Source: a virus
Taxonomy: Duplodnaviria; Caudoviricetes
DNA length: 45,334 nucleotides
IMG/VR virus record: IMGVR_UViG_3300012921_000047
Location: 1 to 45,334 of that record
Strand: one strand, 5' to 3'
The translations under genes and the position numbers were made by a program. The notes beneath the pieces were generated by a model. The model worked only from the letters and a program-made list of their open reading frames with translations. It was not told the DNA's origin and did not search any database. Positions 26,701 to 34,210 of the stretch are shown piece after piece. The stretch's first letter is position 1. Each line of letters opens with the position of its first letter.

Positions 26701-27526
26701 GCTCACCTCCTGCTGCGTGCAGTCGCTGCGCCTGGATGCCGACCGTCGTCAGCTCGTAGCCGCCGTCAGGCTTGGCGTACCAGAGCCGGTAGTAGCCCTT
26801 CTCGACGTACGCGAGGAAGTGCTTGCGCCAATCGGCCTGCAGCCGCGCTTGATTCGCCCCGTTCGGGAGGTGCTCCCGCTTGAAGTGGTCCCATGCGAGC
26901 TGGACGAACTCCATCGGCAAGGCCGTCGCTTCCACGTACTCCAGCAAAGGCGCGTAGCCGCTGACAGCCTTCTCGCCTGCCTGCTGGCAGCGATCGAGGA
27001 AGGTCTTCAGGCTGATGCGCGGTTTGCGTTCCCGCTTGTTCGATGGCGAAGCCGATGGCAGCTCACCCCCCGGCACGGGGGGTAAGGGGGGTTCTTCTTC
27101 TCTCTCCTCTTCTCTTTCTCTAGGTGCGCAGATTGTCTGCGGTTCGTCCTCCTCATGTACGCTTTGTGTCTGCACCTTGTCCGCATCGCGTGCGGACATC
27201 TTGCGGACAGATTCAGAGCAACGGCGCTTTGCTGAGCGACCGTTGTGCTCTTCGAAGCGGACAACTCGCACACCTTCTGCGCCATCCTCCAGCCATCCGA
27301 CGGACACGAGGGCGGCGCCGAAGCCTTGCACACCGGTCTTCCGATCCAGCGCGCGCAAGCTCATCCCGATCAGCACACCGTCTTCCGTGTGCTGATCCGC
27401 GGTGGCCCACAGCCAGTACAGCGCGCCGACGACAGCTGCTTCGCTGCTATCTGTTGCATCGACGATGCGGGCGACCCTGGGGTCGTCCCACAGGTTGCTG
27501 CGCATCTTGATCCAGTCGCCGGCCAT
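26690..27526 (-). CDS. phage replication initiator (O-like position)
   Basis: MAGDWIKMRSNL...LYWLWATADQHT...FEEHNG.SAKRR N-domain; linker contains iterons; upstream of dnaB. Confidence 0.8.
   Translation of the reverse strand: MAGDWIKMRSNLWDDPRVARIVDATDSSEAAVVGALYWLWATADQHTEDGVLIGMSLRALDRKTGVQGFGAALVSVGWLEDGAEGVRVVRFEEHNGRSAKRRCSESVRKMSARDADKVQTQSVHEEDEPQTICAPREREEEREEEPPLPPVPGGELPSASPSNKRERKPRISLKTFLDRCQQAGEKAVSGYAPLLEYVEATALPMEFVQLAWDHFKREHLPNGANQARLQADWRKHFLAYVEKGYYRLWYAKPDGGYELTTVGIQAQRLHAAGGEHAA
27091..27263. repeat. putative replication origin: iterons plus purine/pyrimidine tract
   Basis: TGTCYGCA at 27167 and 27178, inverted TGCGGACA at 27191 and 27202, partial copies at 27134 and 27257; pyrimidine tract 27092-27121. 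Confidence 0.6.
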
Positions 27527-27642
27527 CAGACACCCGCCTTCAGCGCAATCTCGCGCATCGCCTGTGCGTACTCGGCCGGCGTCGCGTCGGGGTGCTGCGC
27601 GATCCACTCGGCCTTCATGCGCTCGTAGTCTTGGATGCTCAC
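27526..27642 (-). CDS. small hypothetical protein (38 aa)
   Basis: Manually read MSIQDYERMKAEWIAQHPDATPAEYAQAMREIALKAGV*; GTGA and TGATG overlaps on both sides. Confidence 0.65.
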   Translation of the reverse strand: MSIQDYERMKAEWIAQHPDATPAEYAQAMREIALKAGV

Positions 27643-30182
27643 GCAGCCTCCGCAGCCTCAAGCGTCGCGAAGAGGTCCGGAATGCTCATCTCACGCTCGG
27701 CCGCCTGACACCAGTGCGCGGCGTCCGCGAAGTACCGCGGCGACAGCTCCGTGGCCAGGCCGCGGCGCCCCTTCAGGATCGCCCTGTACGGGACGGTTCC
27801 GATGCCGCCGAACGGATCGAATACGGTGTCGCCCGGATTGCTGAAGCGCTCGATTACGCGGTCGACGATATCGAAGGGCAGCGGGCAAAGATGTTGCTCC
27901 TTCCCCTTCGCGCTCTGCAGGGTGTTCAGCGTGCGCATGCGCGCCACGTCGGTCCAGACATCGTCGATCCAGCTCGGCGGCTGCAGCAGCATGAACGTGA
28001 CCGGCAGCCGGCCCAGTCCGTCGATCGTCTCGCCGATCTGGACGTGGTGCTCGTAGTCGTAGATGTTTTCGAGGTGGTAGTCGCGGAACCACCGGAAGAT
28101 CACGTCGTGATCCAGCGTCTCCAGCTCCTCCGGCGTGAGCAGTCGATTTCCGCCGCTGCGCCAGAATCCGTGCGCATCGGTCTGCCAGCGCGACCGGGTG
28201 TAGCTCGCCTTGGTCTTCGTGACCGGCTCGTCGGCGTAGGCGTTGCTGGTGTCGGTCGGCGTCTTGCGGAACAGCAGCAGGTATTCCGGCAGCCCCGCGG
28301 AGAGCTTGGAGCCGTCCTTGCACACCTCCGACCAGCCGAGCCGATAGGTCTGGTTGTTCTCGCGCACCACGTCGGTGACGATCGTGATCATGCCCATGTA
28401 GCCGAAGCCGTGACGGGTGTAGTGCTCGATGCATCGCGCGTGGAACGGATAGACCGTCTGGAAGCCCAGACCGGTCATGCCGCCGGGCACGATGCGATCC
28501 TTCACGTGGATGGCGGCGACACGGCCGGGCTTGAGAGCACGCAGCAGTTCGGGCGTCAGGAAGTCCATCTGCTCGAAGAAGTGGTCGTTCGTGTCCGTGT
28601 GACCGAAGTCCGCGTAGTTCGGCGAGTACTCGTACTGCGTGGCGAACGGGACGGAAGTGACAATGAGGTCGAGGCTGTTTTCGGGCATCGCCGAAGCCTC
28701 AATCACGGCGTCGTTGTTGATGAGCCGGTAGTTGTCGCCACTCACCTCGATGCGCTCTACGCCGAGAGCGCGCTGCAGGTGCTGTTGCATGGCAGCCGCC
28801 GACAGCCCGTACTCACGAATGATTTCCGTCATCTTCGCCACCGTCTGGTTGTGCTTGTCCCACTTGTCTTCGAGGATTCGGCGCACGCCGCGCTCGGCCT
28901 CCGTGTAGATCAGGTCGATGCGCACGCGCCGCGGCTGGAGGAAGCGGTGCAGGCGGTGAATGGCCTGAATGAAGTCGTTGAACTTGTGGCCGATGCCCAG
29001 GAAGATCGCCCACGAGCAATGCCGCTGGAAGTTGCAGCCGGAGCCCAGCATCACGGGCTTGCCGGCCAGTTCGCGCACGCGGCCGTCCGAGAAGTCGATG
29101 ATCCGTTCGGCCTTCGTGTCGTCGTCCTGGGCGCCATAGACGCTCACCACGTCCGGGATGGCGCGCTCGATCGCCTGCCGCTCTGCCTCCAGGTCGTGCC
29201 AGAGGATCCTGTGTGCGTCGGGGTCGATGGCGCGCAGCTCCATCATCTTCGCGACCCGCTGCGGGAGGCTTTCGCGCTTCTCCCGCGCGGCATCCACGAC
29301 GCCAAGCGCCTGCTGTTTCAGCAGCAGACCCTGCCCCCGGAAGTCGAAGCCCGCGTCCTCGTGGTCGGCCGGGATCTCGTGCCAGTGGATTTCCAGCTCC
29401 GGCAGTTCGTAGCCTTCGTCGGAATGACCGAGGTCGGACGGCCGCTGGACGAACAGGCCCCATGAAGCCACCCACAGCCAGAACTCGCGCTCCTTGTGCG
29501 GATGGATGGTCAGCTCGTCGGCCTTCTCGCTGTTCCGCTTGAAGAAGCGAGTCTTGGCCTGGCCAACGTCCATCACGCCGAGGAAGGCGCTGTAGGCAAG
29601 CAGCTCGATGTAGTCATTCGGGCTGGGTGTGGCCGTGGCCACGAACCGGTATGCCACGCAGTCGCCAGCGACACGCGCATGGAAGGTCTTCCGATCGCCA
29701 GCGAACAGCGCCATGAACTCGCGGAACGTCTTCGTGCCGCCGAACCCGCGCAGGCACGCTGCCTCGTCCAGACTGGCCACGGTGAAGAGGCGCGGGTCCA
29801 GCTTTCCGTCGCGCACCGTCTCGTAGTTGGTGAGGTAGATGCCTTCCGGATCGTCGGCTTCCTCGATGCGCCGGATGAACTTCACCTTGACGCCCAGCAT
29901 GGCGGCGTCTCGCATGAACTCTTGACGGACGCCGAGAGGGATCACGATCAAGGCCATGCCGCCGGCGCGCTCACGCGTCAGGCGCACCGTCTCGACCTGG
30001 ATCACGCTCTTGCCGAGGCCGAACGCCGCGAAGCAGGCTGCGCGCCCCATGCGCACCAGCCATCGCACGATGTCGCGCTGGTGCGGCTTCAGCAGCTGGT
30101 TGATTTCCGCGTCGGACACATCGAAACCGAACGAGTCCGCCAGCTTGATCTTCTTGCGCAGGAAGTCGAGGTAGCGGCTCAC
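27639..30182 (-). CDS. SNF2-like helicase domain fused to N4/N6 DNA methyltransferase
   Basis: AAFGLGKS, LDEA, ATATP, QAIHRLHRF helicase motifs; IVTSVPF and DPFGGIGT MTase motifs in beta order; start GTG 30182. Confidence 0.85.
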   Translation of the reverse strand: MSRYLDFLRKKIKLADSFGFDVSDAEINQLLKPHQRDIVRWLVRMGRAACFAAFGLGKSVIQVETVRLTRERAGGMALIVIPLGVRQEFMRDAAMLGVKVKFIRRIEEADDPEGIYLTNYETVRDGKLDPRLFTVASLDEAACLRGFGGTKTFREFMALFAGDRKTFHARVAGDCVAYRFVATATPSPNDYIELLAYSAFLGVMDVGQAKTRFFKRNSEKADELTIHPHKEREFWLWVASWGLFVQRPSDLGHSDEGYELPELEIHWHEIPADHEDAGFDFRGQGLLLKQQALGVVDAAREKRESLPQRVAKMMELRAIDPDAHRILWHDLEAERQAIERAIPDVVSVYGAQDDDTKAERIIDFSDGRVRELAGKPVMLGSGCNFQRHCSWAIFLGIGHKFNDFIQAIHRLHRFLQPRRVRIDLIYTEAERGVRRILEDKWDKHNQTVAKMTEIIREYGLSAAAMQQHLQRALGVERIEVSGDNYRLINNDAVIEASAMPENSLDLIVTSVPFATQYEYSPNYADFGHTDTNDHFFEQMDFLTPELLRALKPGRVAAIHVKDRIVPGGMTGLGFQTVYPFHARCIEHYTRHGFGYMGMITIVTDVVRENNQTYRLGWSEVCKDGSKLSAGLPEYLLLFRKTPTDTSNAYADEPVTKTKASYTRSRWQTDAHGFWRSGGNRLLTPEELETLDHDVIFRWFRDYHLENIYDYEHHVQIGETIDGLGRLPVTFMLLQPPSWIDDVWTDVARMRTLNTLQSAKGKEQHLCPLPFDIVDRVIERFSNPGDTVFDPFGGIGTVPYRAILKGRRGLATELSPRYFADAAHWCQAAEREMSIPDLFATLEAAEAA

Positions 30183-30307
30183 CCGAACACCCTCCAGCAA
30201 ACGAATGCCAGAGCCGCGATGGGGATGCCGATGGTGCCGATCACGAGACCCACCATCGAGCCGGCGTCCATGAAGGCCTGGAGGTAGCGACGCAGGAACT
30301 GGCTCAT
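30179..30307 (-). CDS. small membrane protein (42 aa)
   Basis: Manually read MSQFLRRYLQAFMDAGSMVGLVIGTIGIPIAALAFVCWRVFG*; ATGA/GTGA overlaps on both sides. Confidence 0.6.
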   Translation of the reverse strand: MSQFLRRYLQAFMDAGSMVGLVIGTIGIPIAALAFVCWRVFG

Positions 30308-30672
30308 GCGGCGTTCCTTTCCGCGATCACCTGCTCCATCACAGTGGTGCGACCGATGCGCGCCATGTACTGCGTCACGCCGCGCCAGCCTGTGAAGGCC
30401 TCGAAGCTCGGAGCCAGGTCCGGCGGTAGATCCATCGGTGCCTTCGTATGCGGGTTGAGCATGCGGCTCACGTGCGGACGGTGGGCGCCGGACGACCGCG
30501 CGAACATAGATTGATCACCGATCTCGTCGCGGCTGTTGCGCCGGCGGTTCTGCCAGCACCAGACCACCGCGTCACGGTAGGTCTGCCAACCTGTAACGAT
30601 GGAATCGGCCACCCATCTTGATTTCGGCAAGGCGTCGAGGAACGGCATTTCACGTTGCATGGCTGCCACCAT
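30304..30672 (-). CDS. CII-like HTH transcriptional regulator
   Basis: Position downstream of cro; HTH-like QSMFARSSGAHRPHVSRMLN; alternative start at 30660. Confidence 0.6.
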   Translation of the reverse strand: MVAAMQREMPFLDALPKSRWVADSIVTGWQTYRDAVVWCWQNRRRNSRDEIGDQSMFARSSGAHRPHVSRMLNPHTKAPMDLPPDLAPSFEAFTGWRGVTQYMARIGRTTVMEQVIAERNAA

Positions 30673-30869
30673 CAGCGGAATTGATGCAACGCGCCCTGAT
30701 TACAGGTTGCGTTACAGGTTGGAAGCTGCCGAAAATTTTTTCGACGGCGGGGAATAGAAAGACCCCTGCCCGCTCCACAGAAATCAGCCGACCGGCGGCA
30801 AACCTCAACAGGCAGGGGTTGAAGGCCACGACCGGAGGAGGTGGGCGTGGATGAGAAACGGGCGTTCAT
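30672..30869 (-). CDS. possible 65-aa coupling ORF between cro and cII-like gene
   Basis: TGATG overlaps with both the cro stop and the cII-like start, but composition is atypical and it overlaps an RNA hairpin. Confidence 0.3.
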   Translation of the reverse strand: MNARFSSTPTSSGRGLQPLPVEVCRRSADFCGAGRGLSIPRRRKNFRQLPTCNATCNQGALHQFR

Positions 30870-31102
30870 CAGGCAGCCTGATCGGCGCTGGAATCGGAGA
30901 CGAAGCGTTCGGGCCACATGATCTGCATCTCCGTGACCTCGCCTTCGAAGTACGCGACCAGTGCATCGGTCAGCTCCTTCGACGGGACCTGCTCACCGCG
31001 CTCAATGCGCGACAGGTTTCCCGTGTCGCTGCTGACGGCGACAGCAACCTCCTGCAGCGTCTTCTTTCGCGCGAGGCGGGCGGCCCTGAGGGGGGTATTC
31101 AT
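30869..31102 (-). CDS. cro: Cro-like HTH repressor
   Basis: MNTPLRAARLARKKTLQEVAVAVSSDTGNLSRIERG; divergent from cI. Confidence 0.88.
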   Translation of the reverse strand: MNTPLRAARLARKKTLQEVAVAVSSDTGNLSRIERGEQVPSKELTDALVAYFEGEVTEMQIMWPERFVSDSSADQAA

Positions 31103-31134
31103 GTCGATCAACCTTGGTGAAGTTGCTTCCCTAA

Positions 31135-31164
31135 ATTCTGCGGATATCGCAGAACTAAAGTCAA
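31135..31164 (-). promoter_or_regulatory. pR promoter
   Basis: Minus strand TTGACT-N18-CAGAAT upstream of cro, overlapped by a perfect operator. Confidence 0.6.
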
Positions 31165-31202
31165 GCAGATTCTGCGGATCGCGCTTTGCGTAGAACGCAG
31201 AA
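31136..31202. promoter_or_regulatory. OR operators (TTCTGCG-N5-CGCAGAA)
   Basis: Perfect site 31136-31154, half site from 31170, near-perfect site 31184-31202. Confidence 0.8.
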
Positions 31203-31215
31203 CCGCCCGGACAAT
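31186..31215 (+). promoter_or_regulatory. pRM-like promoter giving a leaderless cI mRNA
   Basis: TTGCGT-N18-GACAAT, 6 nt before cI ATG at 31222; no SD sequence. Confidence 0.5.
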
Positions 31216-31221
31216 GCGAAT

Positions 31222-31857
31222 ATGAAAGTTGGTGACGAAATCAGACGGCGCCGGAAGGCCGTAAAGTGGACGCTCGAGGACTTGGCAGCCGAGGTCGGTA
31301 GCGACACCGGCAACCTGTCTCGCATCGAGACGGGCAAACAAGGTGCCAGCGAGGAGATGCTGCGGAAGATCGCGGTCGCCTTGGGGTGCCGTGTGGCAGA
31401 CCTGTTCGCAGCTGGCGAAGCGAACGTTGAACCTGTCCCCGTTGGGGTTCGACGCATCCCGCTAGTTAGTTACGTACAGGCGGGGCTTATGAGCGAAGCA
31501 GTTGATTCGTACCACCTTGGTGGAGCAGAAGAGTGGCTTTTGACGGACTTGGAGTTGGCAGCGAGTGCATTTGCGCTGCGAATCAAGGGAGACTCGATGC
31601 TCCCAGACTTCAAGGAAGGGGACGTTGTGATCATTGACCCGGAGTTGGCGCCGTCACCTGGTGACTTTGTGGTCGCCAAGAACGGCGAGAACGAGGCAAC
31701 GTTCAAGAAATTCCGTCCAAGAGGGTTGAACGAGCACGGCGAGCACGTTGTTGAGCTGGTGCCGCTGAACGAGGACTACCCCTCAATTCGGTCCGACTCG
31801 CAGCCGTTCCGGATCATCGGGACGATGGTCGAGCATCGGCGGTACCGGCGCCGGTAG
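31222..31857 (+). CDS. cI: CI-like repressor (XRE HTH plus S24 autopeptidase)
   Basis: HTH, VQAG cleavage site, GDSM catalytic Ser, ATFKK catalytic Lys. Confidence 0.95.
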   Translation: MKVGDEIRRRRKAVKWTLEDLAAEVGSDTGNLSRIETGKQGASEEMLRKIAVALGCRVADLFAAGEANVEPVPVGVRRIPLVSYVQAGLMSEAVDSYHLGGAEEWLLTDLELAASAFALRIKGDSMLPDFKEGDVVIIDPELAPSPGDFVVAKNGENEATFKKFRPRGLNEHGEHVVELVPLNEDYPSIRSDSQPFRIIGTMVEHRRYRRR

Positions 31858-31901
31858 GTTGCCGGCCAAGCGTGCCGCCAAGAAAAGCAGAGCAGACACC
31901 C

Positions 31902-32108
31902 ATGGCGTTGGTAACAATTCAGAAGACGGCGAAGCGTTACAAGGCGCAGCAGGTTGCCTGCTTGGCTCTATTCTTCGGCGGCCTCATCTACGTGCCAATC
32001 GCCTCAGGCATGGATGAACGCCTTGGGATGGCGGCGTTCGGCCTAAGCATGTTCTCCGGCCTCTGGTACTTCGTGGTCAAGATACTCATCTGGTGGAACC
32101 ACGGGTAG
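31902..32108 (+). CDS. small two-TM membrane protein
   Basis: VTIQKTAKRYK followed by two hydrophobic helices, ends IWWNHG; just downstream of cI. Confidence 0.7.
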   Translation: MALVTIQKTAKRYKAQQVACLALFFGGLIYVPIASGMDERLGMAAFGLSMFSGLWYFVVKILIWWNHG

Positions 32109-32110
32109 CA

Positions 32111-32527
32111 ATGCCCCTCCCCCTCCTGACCGCCCTCGTCGTCGCCATCTCCGACGGCGACACGCTCACGGTGCGCCCAGACGGCGGCGAGCAGCTGCGG
32201 GTGCGAGTGGCGGAGATCGACGCGCCGGAGAGCCGGCAGCCGTTCGGCGCGGCGGCGAAGCGATCGCTCTCCGACCTGTGCTTCAAGGTGCGCGCGGAGA
32301 TCAGGCCAACAGCGCTCGATCGGTATGGACGGACGGTCGCCCGGGTGACGTGTCGCGGGCAGGACGCCAGCGCGCACCAGGTGCGCAGCGGCATGGCCTG
32401 GGTGTTCGAGCGGTACGCGAGCGACCGGAGCCTGTTCCAGCTGCAGGACGATGCCAAGGCAGCAGGTCGAGGCCTGTGGAGTGAGCGGACGCCAGTGCCG
32501 CCGTGGGAATGGAGGAAGGCTCGATGA
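32111..32527 (+). CDS. thermonuclease (SNase-like)
   Basis: ISDGDT, IDAPE.QPFG, DRYGRTVA, GMAW, GLWS...PPWEWR. Confidence 0.92.
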   Translation: MPLPLLTALVVAISDGDTLTVRPDGGEQLRVRVAEIDAPESRQPFGAAAKRSLSDLCFKVRAEIRPTALDRYGRTVARVTCRGQDASAHQVRSGMAWVFERYASDRSLFQLQDDAKAAGRGLWSERTPVPPWEWRKAR

Positions 32528-32751
32528 GGCGCGAGAAGGACAACCCGCTCGCGGACCTGCGGGCCGACCGCGTGTCGCGGAACGAGAACCAAACCGAGTT
32601 CTGGGGGCGCTTCGGGGTCACGCAGAGTGCCGGCAGTCGGTACGAGAGCGGGCGCGAGGTTCCGGCTCCGCTGGCCATGCTGGTGCTGGCGTTTGCCGAC
32701 GGTCTGCTGGATGACGCCGCTTTGGCTCGACTGAGGAAGCTTGCCAGATAA
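32524..32751 (+). CDS. small XRE/RsaL-like HTH regulator
   Basis: NQTEFWGRFGVTQSAGSRYESGREVP motif; ATGA overlap with the nuclease gene. Confidence 0.8.
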   Translation: MRREKDNPLADLRADRVSRNENQTEFWGRFGVTQSAGSRYESGREVPAPLAMLVLAFADGLLDDAALARLRKLAR

Positions 32752-32782
32752 GCTAACTTGCACCAGATCGCAAACTATCGAT

Positions 32783-32806
32783 AGCCCGCCCCACGCGGGC
32801 TTTTTT
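32783..32806 (+). terminator. rho-independent terminator ending the cI operon
   Basis: AGCCCGC-CCCAC-GCGGGCT-TTTTT. Confidence 0.8.
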
Positions 32807-32815
32807 GCCCGCTCT

Positions 32816-33079
32816 CTACACCTCCCCATCCGCCCTGGCCAGCGCCCTCCTGACCAGCTCCCGCCGCGGGTCACCCTCCTCGAACGTCTCGCCCAGCTGG
32901 TGAAGCGTCGCGTACATCGTCGGCGCAGAGGCGAACAGCCTGCCTAGGTCTGCGGGCACGTGCGAACAGATCACCCGCCCCTCGGCATCCAAGAGCACGT
33001 GCCGCACGTCCCCCACACCGTGCTCTGAGAACCGGAACGGCGCCGTCATCGACCATCGGTTCCGCCACTTCCCCGTCAT
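32816..33079 (-). CDS. hypothetical protein (87 aa), convergent on the cI operon
   Basis: GGGGGAGG RBS before ATG 33079; GRLFASAPTMY resembles the ARLIAAAPEL motif of small phage proteins. Confidence 0.6.
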   Translation of the reverse strand: MTGKWRNRWSMTAPFRFSEHGVGDVRHVLLDAEGRVICSHVPADLGRLFASAPTMYATLHQLGETFEEGDPRRELVRRALARADGEV

Positions 33080-33194
33080 CTGACCCTCCCCCTGAACCAC
33101 GCCGGCCGTGCTGGCTTCGTTCGACAGCGTACGACTTTCGTCGTCATCCGAAAGGATGAGCCGCGCACCCACCTGTTTTCCATCAACTCGCACT

Positions 33195-33259
33195 TTCTGC
33201 GCTTGACGCAGGAAATTTCGCGCAGTATTCTGCGTCCATGTTCTGCGGTTTTCGCAGAA
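33195..33259. promoter_or_regulatory. OL operators
   Basis: TTCTGCG-CTTGA-CGCAGGA 33195-33213; half sites at 33221 and 33228; perfect TTCTGCG-GTTTT-CGCAGAA 33241-33259. Confidence 0.8.
33203..33231 (+). promoter_or_regulatory. pL promoter
   Basis: TTGACG-N17-TATTCT overlapped by operators, upstream of the early plus-strand operon. Confidence 0.75.
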
Positions 33260-33375
33260 TACGAGCACCAGCAAAAGCCCCGAGCGGGCCAGCGCCCTAA
33301 GCCGATCCGGCCCTGCCCTCTTCTGGCATCCGTAGGCGACCGGCCACCACTGGCGCACCACGCGATGGAGGGGTC

Positions 33376-33711
33376 ATGGACAGCAGAAGCAGAGCGGAGC
33401 AGCAGATCGCGGCCGATGTCCGGCAGCAGATCGAAGCGACCGGCCAGTACAACCCGAAGGACGGCGGCCTGGAGTACCACGGCGCCGACTGCGAGTACTT
33501 CGCCCGCCACGCGCTGGCCGTGCTCGCCGCCGGTGGTGCCGACAGCAGCCAGATCGTGGTGCTGCGCGACCTGCGCAGCGATCTGATCGAGCAGATCACG
33601 CGCGCCGAGATCAATGCGCGTGCCGACGACCTGGCCGCCAAGATCGACGATGGGCACGCCGAGCAGCTGGCGCGCCTGGCCGACATCGCGCGGTATGGAG
33701 TAGCGGCATGA
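33376..33711 (+). CDS. hypothetical protein, first gene of pL operon
   Basis: GGAGG RBS, GC3-rich codons. Confidence 0.7.
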   Translation: MDSRSRAEQQIAADVRQQIEATGQYNPKDGGLEYHGADCEYFARHALAVLAAGGADSSQIVVLRDLRSDLIEQITRAEINARADDLAAKIDDGHAEQLARLADIARYGVAA

Positions 33712-34097
33712 ACGCGCCCAAGGGTTACACCGTCCGGGCCTTCGATAGCGCCTACCCGGGTTCCATGTGCGAGCGTGCCGGCGGCTACTACGTGGAGCGC
33801 GACGACTACAAGAGCATGGCCACGGCGTTGATCGACCTCATCGCGTTACGCGACCGCACGATCGACGACCTGAACGATGCGGTTCGGATGTACCAGCGAC
33901 TGCTCGATGGCGCGCCGTTCTTGATGGACGCGGCGAAGCATGCCCTCGGCTGCTTCGAGGCCGCGGAGCACGAAGGCTTTTCCCTGGCGCTGCAGGAAGG
34001 TGACCTTGATCGCGTCCGCGACATCTGGTCCCGCCGAATCTCGCGTGCCTGCGAATTGATCCCCGCAGCCATCGAGAAGGCCGGAGGTGCGTCATGA
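33708..34097 (+). CDS. hypothetical protein
   Basis: ATGA coupling, RBS. Confidence 0.7.
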   Translation: MNAPKGYTVRAFDSAYPGSMCERAGGYYVERDDYKSMATALIDLIALRDRTIDDLNDAVRMYQRLLDGAPFLMDAAKHALGCFEAAEHEGFSLALQEGDLDRVRDIWSRRISRACELIPAAIEKAGGAS

Positions 34098-34210
34098 ACC
34101 CGCTGACCCGGCGCGCCAGCCGCAGCGAACTCCGCGAGCTGGTAATCGACCTCGCCGTCGTGCTGGCTGGCGGCCTCGCAATCGCAGCAATCCTGGCATG
34201 GGGTGTGTGA
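34094..34210 (+). CDS. small membrane protein (38 aa)
   Basis: Manually read MNPLTRRASRSELRELVIDLAVVLAGGLAIAAILAWGV*; coupled at both ends. Confidence 0.6.
   Translation: MNPLTRRASRSELRELVIDLAVVLAGGLAIAAILAWGV

Noticed and set aside
27402-29465. 687-aa plus-strand ORF, and similar long antisense ORFs (10563-12194, 14256-15494, 25360-26883, 40196-42001)
   Set aside because: Shadows of well-supported genes on the opposite strand; expected in high-GC DNA; no motifs
33131-33160. Possible hammerhead ribozyme (CGGATGA...GAAA on minus strand)
   Set aside because: Core is not CUGANGA, the GAAA is a hairpin loop, and stems I and III cannot be formed
33260-33375. nut site (boxA/boxB) in the pL leader
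   Set aside because: Only a weak GCCCTCTT boxA-like match and short stems; insufficient support
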